Shown here: one piece after another, positions 49,367 to 60,727 of the stretch
Position numbering within the stretch: the first letter of the stretch is position 1
How the letters are laid out: every line of letters begins with the position of its first letter
NCBI GenBank assembly: GCA_036172245.1
Contig: JAYWIR010000076.1
Span: forward strand, 62,001-126,000
DNA: 64,000 nucleotides
Direction of reading: 5' to 3'
DNA from: Raillietiella orientalis
Taxonomy: Eukaryota
Notes under the pieces: model-generated
Told to the model about the DNA's origin: nothing
What the model saw: only the letters and a program-made list of their open reading frames with translations
Databases searched by the model: none
Position numbers and translations under genes: made by a program

Positions 49367-52098
49367 TGTGGGTGGAAGTGTTTTTTGGTCTCTCCGCCAG
49401 CGCTTGTCTGGGAAGCAACCGGAGTTTTTAGTGTAGTCAAGTGTAAAGTGTGGGTCGTCGGTGTCCGATGGCAGCCGTGCCAGAGGACACCGCGATTGAT
49501 GTTGTTGTGGGGAAGGCAAGTCCTACCACAAGACCTACACCTATAGGGGCAATAGTCCCTGGAACGTCTTCGCAGACGGCGAAGACTTGGAGTGAAATGG
49601 TCGCCGCCCTCAGTGCGAAGGCTATGGCCGAGGAAGCCGCCTATCGGGACTCTGGATACAAGCCATCGCTTGTATACAAGGTAGGCCTTTTGTTTGAAGT
49701 AAACACGGCGCGCTCTTTCAGCAGAGCGCTTCAAAATGCTAATGTCCGTGAGGAAGATCTGGAAGGTCTGTGCGTGCTCAGCTCTGCGCAGCGGGTTGAG
49801 CTTGTGTGCAAGAGCATCAGCCTAGCCGTTCGCCTCATAAATACCCCGCTGATCATGGACGGCCGTAAGATCTTCCCGTTGTCAATGGACCACTCGGTAG
49901 TCGTTTACTTGACAGGAATTTATAAGCGCATGACGCGCAGTCCCGTAAAAGCAGAATTAAGTAAGCACGGGGACGTACACGCGCTGTGGCCGAAGCCCAC
50001 AATCTTTGAGGGCTACGGACGCCACTTCGGGGGCCTCGCCGCGGCACGCATAACCCCAAAAGACGAAGCGAAGCTACCCCACAAACTTGAGGTCGTGGGA
50101 GAAACGGTAGACCTCTGGCATGCGGGCAATCCACGGTATTGCGGCTACGGCGATGCGGTCGGGCACATTCGAAAGAAGTGCCCAAACATCGTATGCTACT
50201 TGTGGGGGGAGAAGGGACACGTACGTCGCGTGTGCCCTTAACGCCCCACCCCAATTTACTCGGCCGCCAAAAAGGCGCAAGGAAAACGCGCGGGGAAAGA
50301 AAAATTGGAAAACCGTGAAACGGGCCGAGAAAAGCTGCCAATAACCCAAGCTCCAAGCGCGGCATCGAAGAAAAATCTTCACGAAACCGCAGAGGGAGAA
50401 CATGGCTGGCAGCTAGTCAAAGCTTAAAAAGAGAAAAAGGACAAACATGTCTCGAAGAAAGGAGAGAAGGCGGCGGCCGGAACAAAAGCTCATTCCGTGT
50501 CGCGCGTAAAAACTCTCCGAGAATGCACGGTTACGCTGGAGCGCATTGACGTTCCCGCGGACAACACCGGAGGCGATACGGCTTCGATCGATTTTCCCAC
50601 CGCGACGAATGCGCGCGAAAACCCACCCCCTGCTTGCGAAGAGGGTCAGCCGGATGACCAAATCGCTGAAACCAAGGACGCAGCCTTCGAGAAGGCCGCC
50701 AAGGAGCTTGCAGCAACGCTTGCCGTACGCGATAACCCTTCGCGAAAGGGGTTGCGTAGGCCGGCAAAGGCTAAAGTGGCCCCCGCAGGTGAGTCGGACC
50801 GGGAGGCCGGAAGTGCATCCCCCTCTGCGGAAGCACCACCAAGGAAAGCGGGACGAAAATCCCAGAAAACCCGAAGCTGCAATCCGCCTCCAAGCGAGGA
50901 AGATGCAATGGTGGAGGATCCAGTAGATGGCAGCGTGGAAACCCAAGTCGGGCATCACCCACGTGCGGAAGCCGACGAGGAGGCCACTCCAATGGAGAAG
51001 GGTAACCACGGGTCAGCAACGCCCTCTGTAACCGCCAAACCTGAACCACCCGCACCAATGGATGTGGGCCAACAGGTACGAGCACCCCCTTCGCACGGGC
51101 AGCCGGAGACATCGGCACGAAATAAGGATGGGGAGTTGGTGGGCAAGACGCCAACCCCGTCTAGCGACTCGCCCCAAAAGGTGGCGGGAGCACCACCCAT
51201 AGGTTCCCAGGAATAACACCTGGACTCGCCTGTCGCCGTCGGATCCGCGCGGCCAGTTGGAATGTTAACGGGCTGCGCGACGACGGAAACAGACGAGATA
51301 CTGCCGCCACCTTGCGAGATTTCGACCTGGTGCTTTTGCAGGAGATCCACGTGATCACCGCAGAAGACGCCAAAAAGATCGAAACGATCGCGGGAGGGAG
51401 GTTGTACTGGCGATGCGGCGCCCTCAACACTTGTGGGGTCGGGTTCTTCTTAAAGCCAGCCATTAACGCGGCCGTGAAGGGCGTGCGCTTTGGGGACGAC
51501 GGACGGATCGGCCAACTGATTCTCAGATGGTCCGATTCCATCGACCTCATCGTCACCAATGTGTACGCTCCTAGCGGAAAACAGGGATACCAACAGCGCA
51601 ACGCGTTACTGGAAACCTTGAAGCGCGAATGGCTGGTGGACGCAGACGTGCGAAAGGCGCATCTGATAGCAGGGGATTTCAACGTCCGTCTGCTCTCAGA
51701 TCAGCCCGGAGCACAGGGTAACGCGAACAACGAGTTGTGCGCCTCCATGCGCGCGCGCAACTTGTTGACAAAAATGAGCGGGATGGTCAGCAGCTAGGAC
51801 CACGTCTTCCTCAACGAAGACCTGTGCACACGGGTCGGAAAACGAGGGATGCTTGGATCGACGCTGTCGGACCATTGCCGGTCATTATTCGAGATGCGCC
51901 CGCGCGACAAGGGACCGCCATCCAGGGATTGGCGTATGCCAGGGTACTTGACGTGCCTGTCAGGAGCGAAAGAACATCTTCGCGAATTCCTGCGAGGCGT
52001 CACCCTCCAGAGTCTCGCGGATTGGTACCTATTTGAGGATTCGGTCCGGCAGTTCTGCGAACAGTTGCCTGTGCAACGTCTGACCCGGGGATCCAGCG
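49367..52098 (+). mobile_element. Subfamily C element, 5' half (ORF1 49468-51216 and endonuclease), cut at the 'GFG' site
   Basis: Close homologue of the reverse complement of about 8847-11577. Confidence 0.92.
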
Positions 52099-53911
52099 TT
52101 GTCACCCGGGGACGCCCGGGGCGTTTATTTGTAAACTCTACATACGTAGTACGAGGCCCCACCACGGCCGTAAACACGCGACCTGTCGAAACACCGGGAC
52201 GAAGCCCGGCGTGGCACTCTTCGACAGCGAAGGGGGATGGGGATAAGACAAAAAGAAAAACAAAAAGAAACAAACAAATAAAAGTTGGAGGGCGGGGAAG
52301 AGATTACTTTTCTCTGTGGGGAGGGCCCATCCGTCGAACGAAGCCCTTGAGGTCAGTCTGCATATTCCCCTGTTGGGTCCATTCGGCAGCTCTTCGCAAG
52401 AAGCGTTGGACATACGGGATGACATCCCTCGCTCGTGGACCCACTCCTTCATTGTTGGCGTCGCTCCATGCCGCCACGATGCCACGGACGCAGCACAAGG
52501 CTTCGATGGCTGCGGCGGGCTGGAGTGCGTCCTTCACGAAGAGGGGCCGAAGAACGTCTCTGGGAGTGCTGCCTGTAGGGAGCCCGAGGGTCGTCCCGAA
52601 CCGTTCCCAAAGGGGTCGGAGGGCAGCACAATCCACAATAAGGTTGGAGAGCGATTCCCGCTCTCCGCACCTGACACACGCAGGATCCACAACTCCTCTT
52701 GTCCAGTGAGAGCGGCGTGCGTTGCAGGGTAAACCCCAATGCAACAACAGCAACGCCGACTCTTTCCAATTAAGGGGCAGGATCCTGGATTCCTGAAGAA
52801 GCGGGGGCCACTTCAGCACATCCATAGGGATGACCAGCAGCTCGCCCCATCTTCTTAGCCCTCGCAACTGGAAATCGGTGTCGTGGCGTCGGCCAGTTCT
52901 CCTGTTGTCCAGCCGCTGATCAACTTCTCACGTCCCTTGATGCAGCAGGAGACTTGCCACCTTGGCGTCCGGCTGCTGTGAAGTGCCCTCCTCAGGAAGG
53001 GCAGCGCCGTAGCTAGGCAGGTGGTCTCTGCCCACGTGCATCTTGCTGGACTCTCTAGGATCTCTAGGAGATTCCACAGCGTGCAGCGGGCGTAGGGGCT
53101 GCATCGGAGACGATTCCACGTTTCGTGGCTCCTCTGGTTAACCGCTACCCACGATCCAATATTCTCCTCCAGCCAGGCGGGGGAGTTGGCGGGGCAGCAA
53201 ACCATCCAGCTGTAATCCTCGGCCAATGTTGTCATGCGCCCAAGCAGTAGGCCGCATCTTCGCATCTTCCGGCCACAGCTCAGAAGAAAAGACGCGAGTC
53301 CATCGCACCGGGACACACGGCTGGCCAGGAGGCGGGCCGGAGTGCACCAAGGGGTGCTCCACATCTTCGCTGCGATGGCGAGGGCTCGCCACCGCAGCTC
53401 CTTCTCCACGCGCTCCAGCGTCAGGAGGCGAAGACCGCCGTCGCGACGCGGAGCGCACAAGTCCTTCAGAGGCACTCGGAGCCTCCCCTTGCCCCAAAGG
53501 GCGATACGGAGAAGGTCCTTTTTCCTCTTCTTCCATTTCACGGTGGGGGGGGCAAACAAAAAGGAAGGGGCGTAGAATGGGGGCCGCGAAGGCGTTCCAA
53601 ACCGCGGCCCGTTCCGGCAAGTGAAACTTGCCTTCCAGGAACGAACTGATCGCCGTCTCGACTTTTTGGAGGCAGCTCGACCACGCTTTCGCAGTGGAGT
53701 AGTCCCCCAACGGCACACCAAGGTACTTGAAGTACCTCGCCGTGGAGATCCCCAGACGGACCCAGTCCTGCAGCCTTGCCCACGCCGCATTTATTGGCAC
53801 AAGCGACGACTTCGCCCTGTTAACCTGCAGTCCGGTCCCGCGGCTGAGCAGATCGAAGAAGTCTCCGACCGCCTTTGCCGGGGTGGACATTGGCAACAAG
53901 AGCAGAAGATC
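52099..53911 (-). mobile_element. Subfamily C element, 3' portion (from just after YADD to the 3' end)
   Basis: Colinear with 5902-7731; 3' UTR and terminal hairpin. Confidence 0.9.
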
Positions 53912-55893
53912 ACGCGATCCTTTCGATCTCCTGGGCGTTCTACGCGGTGATCACGTGGATCTCCTGCACGAGTGCCGGGTCGAAGTCACGCAGGGTGTCG
54001 GCAGTGTCCCGCCTGTTGCCGTCATCGCGCAGCCCGTTGACGTTCCAGCAGGCTACGCGTATCCCACGGCGACAGGGGAGTCCAGGTGTTAATCCTGGGA
54101 AATGGGCAATGGGGCTCCCGCCCTCTTGTCGGGCGGGACGCTAGGAGGAGGGGGTGCGTCGCGCACCGCTTCTCCCCCCTCCATGGAGGACGATTCGTCG
54201 TCGGGGCCTTGCAGAGGAAGTAGGGGTTCAACCACCTGCACATCGTCCTCCATGGTCGCTAGCTGTACGGTGTCGGGAATGAGATATTCCCAGTCTCGCC
54301 TTTCACGCTGCTAGCTTCCCCCTCAGGGGCCGATTCATCCGCCTCCTCATTGATCCGGATGCGTTTCCTGGGATTCTAAGACTCACGTCCCGTCTTCTTT
54401 GCTGGAGTCCTTAATTGAAAGGACGCACTTTCAACGTCCGGACAGGCCTCACCTGCCCCCGGAGCCTTCCTCGCGGCCGGCCTTCGGAGGGGTTTTCGCA
54501 AGTTCTTTTCACGGTTCGTCAGTTCAGCCGTGAGTTCTTCCACGGCCTGCTGGAAGGCGGCCTCCTCGATCGCGTCGAGCGCGGCGCGCGTTTCCCCCTC
54601 TGTTTCGCCAGAGGGTTCACCATCGACCGTCGCGACTTCGGCGGACGCGAGGGGTTGGATTGCTCCCCCAATGGTTGCATTAAGTGCCTTTACACGTTCT
54701 AATTTTACCGAACACGCGCGGAGCTTTTCGCGGCACGGTTTTTCGCGCTGCGTTTTTGTTTTCACCGCGTTTCGTTCGGGACTCCCGGGTTTTCTTCGTG
54801 GCTCTACCGTCTGCCAGCCGTCGCCGTCACCAGCGTCGTCGGGAGTGTTCTTAACCGACGTTTGCTGTGAGGGCTTCGGGACTGGCATCTGGGTGTTAAC
54901 AGCCTGTTTCTGTGTATGCGTCTCTCCCGTGCGTTTCCCCTTTGCCTGTTTGGCGGAGGATGGGGACGGCATTTTTCTTCTTGGCCACACCTTACGGATG
55001 TGGCCCTTATTTCCACATAAGTGGCATTGGTTGTTAGGGCACCGGTTTTTTAGATGCCCTGTGGCATCGCAATGGCCACAATACTTGGGATTACCCACGT
55101 ACCAAACATCGACTTTTTCTTTGCCGATATTCAGTTTGTGGGGAAGCCCACCATTCTCTGGTAGGGTGACGCGGGCTGCGGCCATCACACTGAATAGCCT
55201 TTTGTACGTTCGGAAGACATTGGGTTTGGCCCAATACGCGTGCACACTACTATGCTTCGACAACTGCTTATGGACGCTGGTTTTGTCCATTCAGAGGGAT
55301 ACGCCCGTGAGGTGGACCACGACGGAGCGGTCCTCCATCACAGGGAAGATCCTGCGGCCGTCCACCGTAATAGGGGTGTTCAGCAGTCGCTGCGCCAGAC
55401 TTGCCTCTTTGCATGTCAGCTCAACTCGCTGGCCCCCACTAAGGACGGATAGGGCTTCAAGGTCTTCCTCCCTCACGTTCAACCTTTGCAGCTCCATTTC
55501 GAAGGAGCGTCCAATTTTTCCATCAAACACACTGCCTAACTTATAGATCAGAGACGGCTTGTAGCCGCTGTCCTTGTAGGCAGTCTGCTCCGCTACTGCA
55601 GCCGGGGATGGTGCAGCAACGACGTCACTCCAGCTCCTCGCCAATGGCGAAGAGTGTCGCGAAGGGGCGGTTGCCCCCAATTCCGATGGGGCAACTGCCC
55701 CGGATTCCATGGGGGCAGATGCTCCCACTTTCATTGGTGGAGGAGAGCATGTCGCTTCTCCTCCTGCAACTTCCATCGCGGTGTCCTCAGGCATTTCTGC
55801 CATTGGACACCGGTGCTGCCACACACCAGACAGCCAACGAAAAGCTTTCCACTAACCAGTCCGTTGAGCGATGCCAAACCACGTCCGCTCCGT
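53912..55893 (-). mobile_element. Subfamily I element, 5' portion (ORF1 55803-54089 and start of the endonuclease)
   Basis: CGHCDATGHLKNRC and CHLCGNKGHIRKVW; WNVNG; GCGGACGTG 5' motif. Confidence 0.88.
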
Positions 55894-55909
55894 AGAACGA
55901 CACGGGGCA

Positions 55910-56736
55910 GTGTGAACGCAAACTGTGCTCGGAGAGGGGAGTAGGCAACCCTCGCGCACCTCGCGCACGCTCGCCGCGAATCAACGCGAAGTCTCCACAA
56001 ATTCCGACGGGGTTAGGCCTGGCGTGGAGGCTTCACACGCATGCAGCACGACAAACGACGGTGGCGACCATCCCCTCTAGCCAGTCGTGCTGCTCTCCGT
56101 CTGCTCGCCGGACAAAGCAAGCAAAAAGCCGCCACCTTCCCAGCAGTAATGCGGGGAATCGCGTCTTCTCGTCGTCTGTCCTAACGTGTTGGAACGTGAA
56201 CGGACTACAGAACGACGAGAAGAGGCGATTAGTAGCCAACGCCCTGCGCCCCTTTGATTTTGCGCTCCTGCAGGAGATTCACGTAATCTCCGACGAGCAG
56301 GCAGCCGAAATCGAGGAGCGCGCTGGCGGAACGCTACATTGGCGGTGCGGCGGCGCACACACGTTCGGCGTCGCGTTCCTCGTTAGAGGAAATATAGCGT
56401 AAGCGGTGCGTAGTGTTCGTTTCGATGACGACGGACGGATAGGCCAGCTTGTCATTAAGTGGTCCGAGTCCATCGATCTCGTCGTTACGAACGTCTACGC
56501 ACCGAGTGGCTCTCGCTACCTCGAAGAAAGAGTAGCTTTCTTTGGTGAGGTGCAGAGCCACTGGCTCAACAACTCCGGCTTCAAAGTGGCGCACCTCGTC
56601 GCTTGGGACTTCAACGTCCGCCTGCTCTCCGACGATTGGAGCCGCCCGAGGGAGCGCGCGCTGCCCATCGAGATGTGCGCGTCCGTGCACGCCGCCAACT
56701 TGATGGTCAACGAACCTGGAATGGAAAGATCGCTTC
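55910..56736 (+). mobile_element. Subfamily F fragment (ORF1 C-terminus, TAATG at 56147-56151, endonuclease)
   Basis: Near-identical to about 2458-3243. Confidence 0.9.
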
Positions 56737-57269
56737 ATCTGCCCATCTGGTTTCAGGCGAACGTTGAAATTGCCTGCAACCAGATGGGCATCTTGCACGC
56801 CTGCTTCGGTCAGCCAGTCGCGCCGGAGTGCAAGGAAAAACTCTTTTCTCGCCCTCCTGTTCATCAGGTCCACGCCGCGTACACTTTCGTGACGATCAGT
56901 TCGATCGAGTCGGACCACCTGAGAGTCAGGTGGCCGACATGACCGTGATCGTCGAACCGCACGCCCCGAGCCGCGGCCTCGACGGCTGGCCGAAGCAGGT
57001 AGGCGACACCGCAACTTTTCGGTCTCCCACACCTGTACCACAGCCGCTCCCCTGAGATCCGTTCGATCTCTTGCTCTTGTTCTGCAGAGATCACGTGGAT
57101 CTCCTGCAGCAGCGCAAGGTCGTAGGACTCCAGAAGGGTGGCCATGTCTCGTCTCTTGGCGGCGTCTCTCATGCCGTTCACGTTCCAAACGGCGATGCGC
57201 AGACGACGGCGGGAGAAGGACCTTAATCACCTTAATCTTCCCGGCATTACTGCTGGGAAGATTAAGGTG
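56737..57269 (-). mobile_element. Inverted D/E-type endonuclease fragment starting at the ORF1/ORF2 junction
   Basis: RRLRIAVWNVNG and LQEIH; similar to 29290-29633 and 45533-46040. Confidence 0.85.
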
Positions 57270-57282
57270 TAGGGGAATAGAA

Positions 57283-57731
57283 GGGTAATCGGCAAAGGAT
57301 CTTCCTATATGGAAGTAGCCGCCAGATTGCCCCAATTGACCAAGCATACGAAAAGAGATCTCGCTAGCATACGCCGACGGTTTACAGACGCTACCCAACA
57401 GCGCACCCGGTGAACCTTTCCCCTCGCCCCCTTCAAATTTTTTTCTTTTTTCCACTTCCGCCCAATTAGGCTCCGGAACATTTTAGGTGCTCTCTATTTG
57501 AATCCCCGTGAGTGCGGAGCTTCACCAAGGACCCGTTACCCCTCCCTCCAGATTTTTTTTTTTCTTTTGTGTGTGTTTTATCCCTCTACTCCCTCAGTGT
57601 TGTTGGAAGCGGTTTGTTAACCAGGCCTGAGTGCCGCTAACTTCTCTTTGCTCCTTGTCATTTCTTTGGTTAACGACATCGTCTTTGACAGGTTTATTTT
57701 CAATAAGCGCCCCTGCGTGACCGAATGAAAA
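57283..57731 (+). mobile_element. Subfamily F 3' end (ORF2 terminus and 3' UTR)
   Basis: Similar to 5072-5516, including TAGGCTCCGGAACATTT. Confidence 0.85.
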
Positions 57732-58154
57732 ACTTCATCGTCCGCCTGCTGTCGGAAGCGCCCGACATCAGAGCACAACTGGTCAACGAGTCGTGTGCGT
57801 CGATGCACGCGCGCAACTTGTTGGCCAATGAAGCCCACGTGAGACGCAGAATCGACCACGTGTTCCTCGATAACCACCTGTGGACGCGGGTGGGGACTCG
57901 AGACGCACTTGCGTCGGAGCTGTCCGATCACCATCGGCTAGTGTTCACCATCCATCTGCGCGACAGAGGTCCATCCACCGAAGCGTGGCGCCTGCTGGGA
58001 GACTGGTTGCGACTCGCAGGAGCGGGCGAATATCTGCGTGCATTCCTGCGTGGTTGCGAACTGCAGACTCTTGCTCAATGGGACAAAATAAAACGCTCAG
58101 TGCGAGAGTCCTGCGACCAGTTTCCCCTCCATCAACATCCTTCAAGTTACGGCA
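57732..58154 (+). mobile_element. Subfamily J endonuclease C-half, bounded by the 'DFN' and 'GFG' junctions
   Basis: VRLLSEAPDIR, RIDHVF and SDH; homologous to 33358-33781 (reverse complement). Confidence 0.88.
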
Positions 58155-59415
58155 ATGCCACCCGGGTACGCCGGAACGTTTATTAAAAAACATTTTTTCC
58201 GTCATTCAAGAACGTGGTACAAGGCCCCACTGAAGGCCACGCAATATTAGACCCGCCGGAACACCGGGACGCAGCCCGGTGTGGCTCTCCTCGGCAGTAG
58301 AAGGGGATGGGGAGGAAACAAAAATAAAATAAAATGAAAAAACAACAACAAATGGAGTTTGGATAGCCGGGAAGGGATCACAGAGAACTGCTGGGAGGGA
58401 CCATCCTTTGCAGGATGCCTTCGAGTTCCATTTTCATTCTTCCCATATAGGGCCATCGTGTAGCTCTCTGCAGGAAGCGAACAGCATACTCGATAACGTC
58501 CCTCACGATGCAATCTTCATCTTCGGCATCACTCCAGGACGCCACGATACCACGAATGTAGCAAAGAGCTGCCAAGGCTAAGGCAGGACTGAGGGCGTCC
58601 CGCACTAAGAGAAGACTTTACACGCCTCTGGGGTTGTCACCATCCGGTATACCAAGGGCCGTTCTAAGACGATACCAAAGAATCCGGACGGCAGAGCAAT
58701 CAACTAAGAGGTGGGGGAGCGAAGCCCGCTCCCCACACCTGGCACACGCAGGATTTACTCTTCCCCGCGTCCAGTGGAAGCGGCGCGCGTTGCAGGGTAG
58801 ACCCCAATGCAGCCACAGAAGCGCCGATTCTTGCCACTTAAGGGGAAGAATCCTGGATCCAAGTAGAACCGGGGGCCACCTCAGGTCGTCCAATCGAATG
58901 CCGAGCAGCTCGCCCCATCTTCTTTATCCACGCGGCTGGAGACTAGAAGTCGTCGCATCGGTCAACTCTCCCATGGTCCAGCCGCTCATCATCTTCTCTC
59001 TGCCTGCGATACGGCAGCGGACTTGCCACCTTGGCTTCGGGCTTTAGTGAAGCGCCCTTTGGAGGAAGGGCATCGTCGTAACAAGGGGTGTGCCTTCCGC
59101 CCACGTGCAACTCGGTGAAATTTAATAATTTCACGCAGAGTTCGGCGGGCGTAAAGGCCGACTCGCAGGCAGTTCATCCGGTCTTCGCACTTCTGGTTCT
59201 GCTTGGTTTAGGTGCCAGCAGTCTCCTTCAGCCAAGCGGAGGAGTTGGCGGTGTCACAAACCATCCAGTCGTTCTCTTTCGTCAGGGTTGCCATGCAACC
59301 GAGCAGTAGACCGCATCTTCGAATCTTCTGGCCTGGGCACAGAAGAAACGATGCGAGTCCTTCGCAGCGGGACAAACGCCTGGCCAGAAGGCGGGCCGCA
59401 GTGTACAGTACGACG
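58155..59415 (-). mobile_element. Subfamily D 3' portion
   Basis: Reverse complement is colinear with about 48090-49353. Confidence 0.9.
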
Positions 59416-60008
59416 TTTTCACCCGGTCAAACCGGTGCGTTAATTGAAAAACTAACAGTATTTGCGGTACAAGGCCCCGCTGCGGCCAATAGTTCTATGG
59501 AGCCGTCTGGTGGTCGGTGTACAGACCGAAGCAAAACTCCACGTCAACGGATGAGGTTAGGGAAAAAACGAAAATGAAAAAAATTAAAGAGTAGAAACAC
59601 TGGTCATTGGGAGGGCAAGAAAGGGATTACTGTCCGTTTTGTGGAGCTTCCATCTTTGCAAGATGTCGACGAGGTCCTGGTACAGATTTTCCAGGTGGGG
59701 CCATCGGGATGTTATTTGCAGAAAGCGAGCTGCATACTCCATGGCATCCCTTTCGTTAACATTCTCTGCTTCTTCGGATCCACTTAAAGCTGCCACAATA
59801 CCGCGTACGCAGCAGAGGGCTGCTTTAACAGGGGCTGGCTGCAGGACGTCCCGCACGAAGAGGAGCCGATAAACGTCTCTGGGAAGACTACCTTCCAGGA
59901 TCCTTAAGGTGAAAGCGAAACGGTCTCACAGGGGCCAGAGGGCAGCACACTCATCTAAAAGTTGCGGAAGGCTTTCCCGTTCCCCGCACCAGGAACAGTT
60001 TGCGGCAT
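59416..60008 (-). mobile_element. Short 3' fragment of a further subfamily (H)
   Basis: ORF2 C-terminus homology, pseudoknot motif and terminal CCGGGTGAAAA. Confidence 0.8.
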
Positions 60009-60009
60009 T

Positions 60010-60727
60010 CCGACGGATGACCTAAAGTGGCCCCCATTGTTCATTGATTCATCAATCCTCCCCTAAAGTGGCAGCAAACGGAGCTGTTGTTGTTGCACTG
60101 GGGTCTTCCCTGCAACGCGCGAGGCCACCACTGGACGTGGGGGAATGTTGAACAGAACTGTGCAGTGTGCGGGGAGAAGGAATCCCTCCCCCATCTGTTA
60201 GTGGACTGCGGTGCCATCCGGCCCTTGTGGGAACGTCATGCTACGGCACTCCCTATGCCGGTCGGCTGTACCCCCAGAGACGTTCTGAGACTCCTCTTCG
60301 TGCGATAAGCCCTGACACCAGCCTCAGCCCTGGCAGCACTTTGCTGCCTTGTGGCCGCGTAGAGCGCAGCCAACAGAGGAAGCAGGCACAGGGAACCCAT
60401 CGTACACGCTGGTAGATACCTGCGAATTGCGATCGGCTGGTCCTATCTAGGAACAATGAAGAGGGACCTTCAGGGAATCCTCGAAAGGATGGTCTCTTCC
60501 TCCAGCGGGCTGTGATCCCTTCTTGGCCCTCCAAATAGTTTCTTTTCGTTAATTTCTTTTCTTTTTCTTTTCGTTTTCACACCCTACCCCCTCCGCTGCC
60601 AAGGAGAGTCAAGCCGCCTTGAGAGCCGGCTTCCCGGCAGGTCCACAGAACTATTGGCCATAGCGGGGCCTAGTACCGCGAAAACATAGTGTTCAGGAAT
60701 AAACGCCCCAACGAGACAGGGTGAAAA
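60010..60727 (+). mobile_element. Short 3' fragment (Cys/His finger to 3' end)
   Basis: CAVCGEKESLPHLLVDC; ends AATAAACGCCCCAACGAGACAGGGTGAAAA. Confidence 0.85.

Noticed and set aside
59416..60727. Twin-priming inversion of a single element
   Set aside because: Both arms have their own 3' ends and overlapping but diverged ORF2 sequence, so they are two elements.
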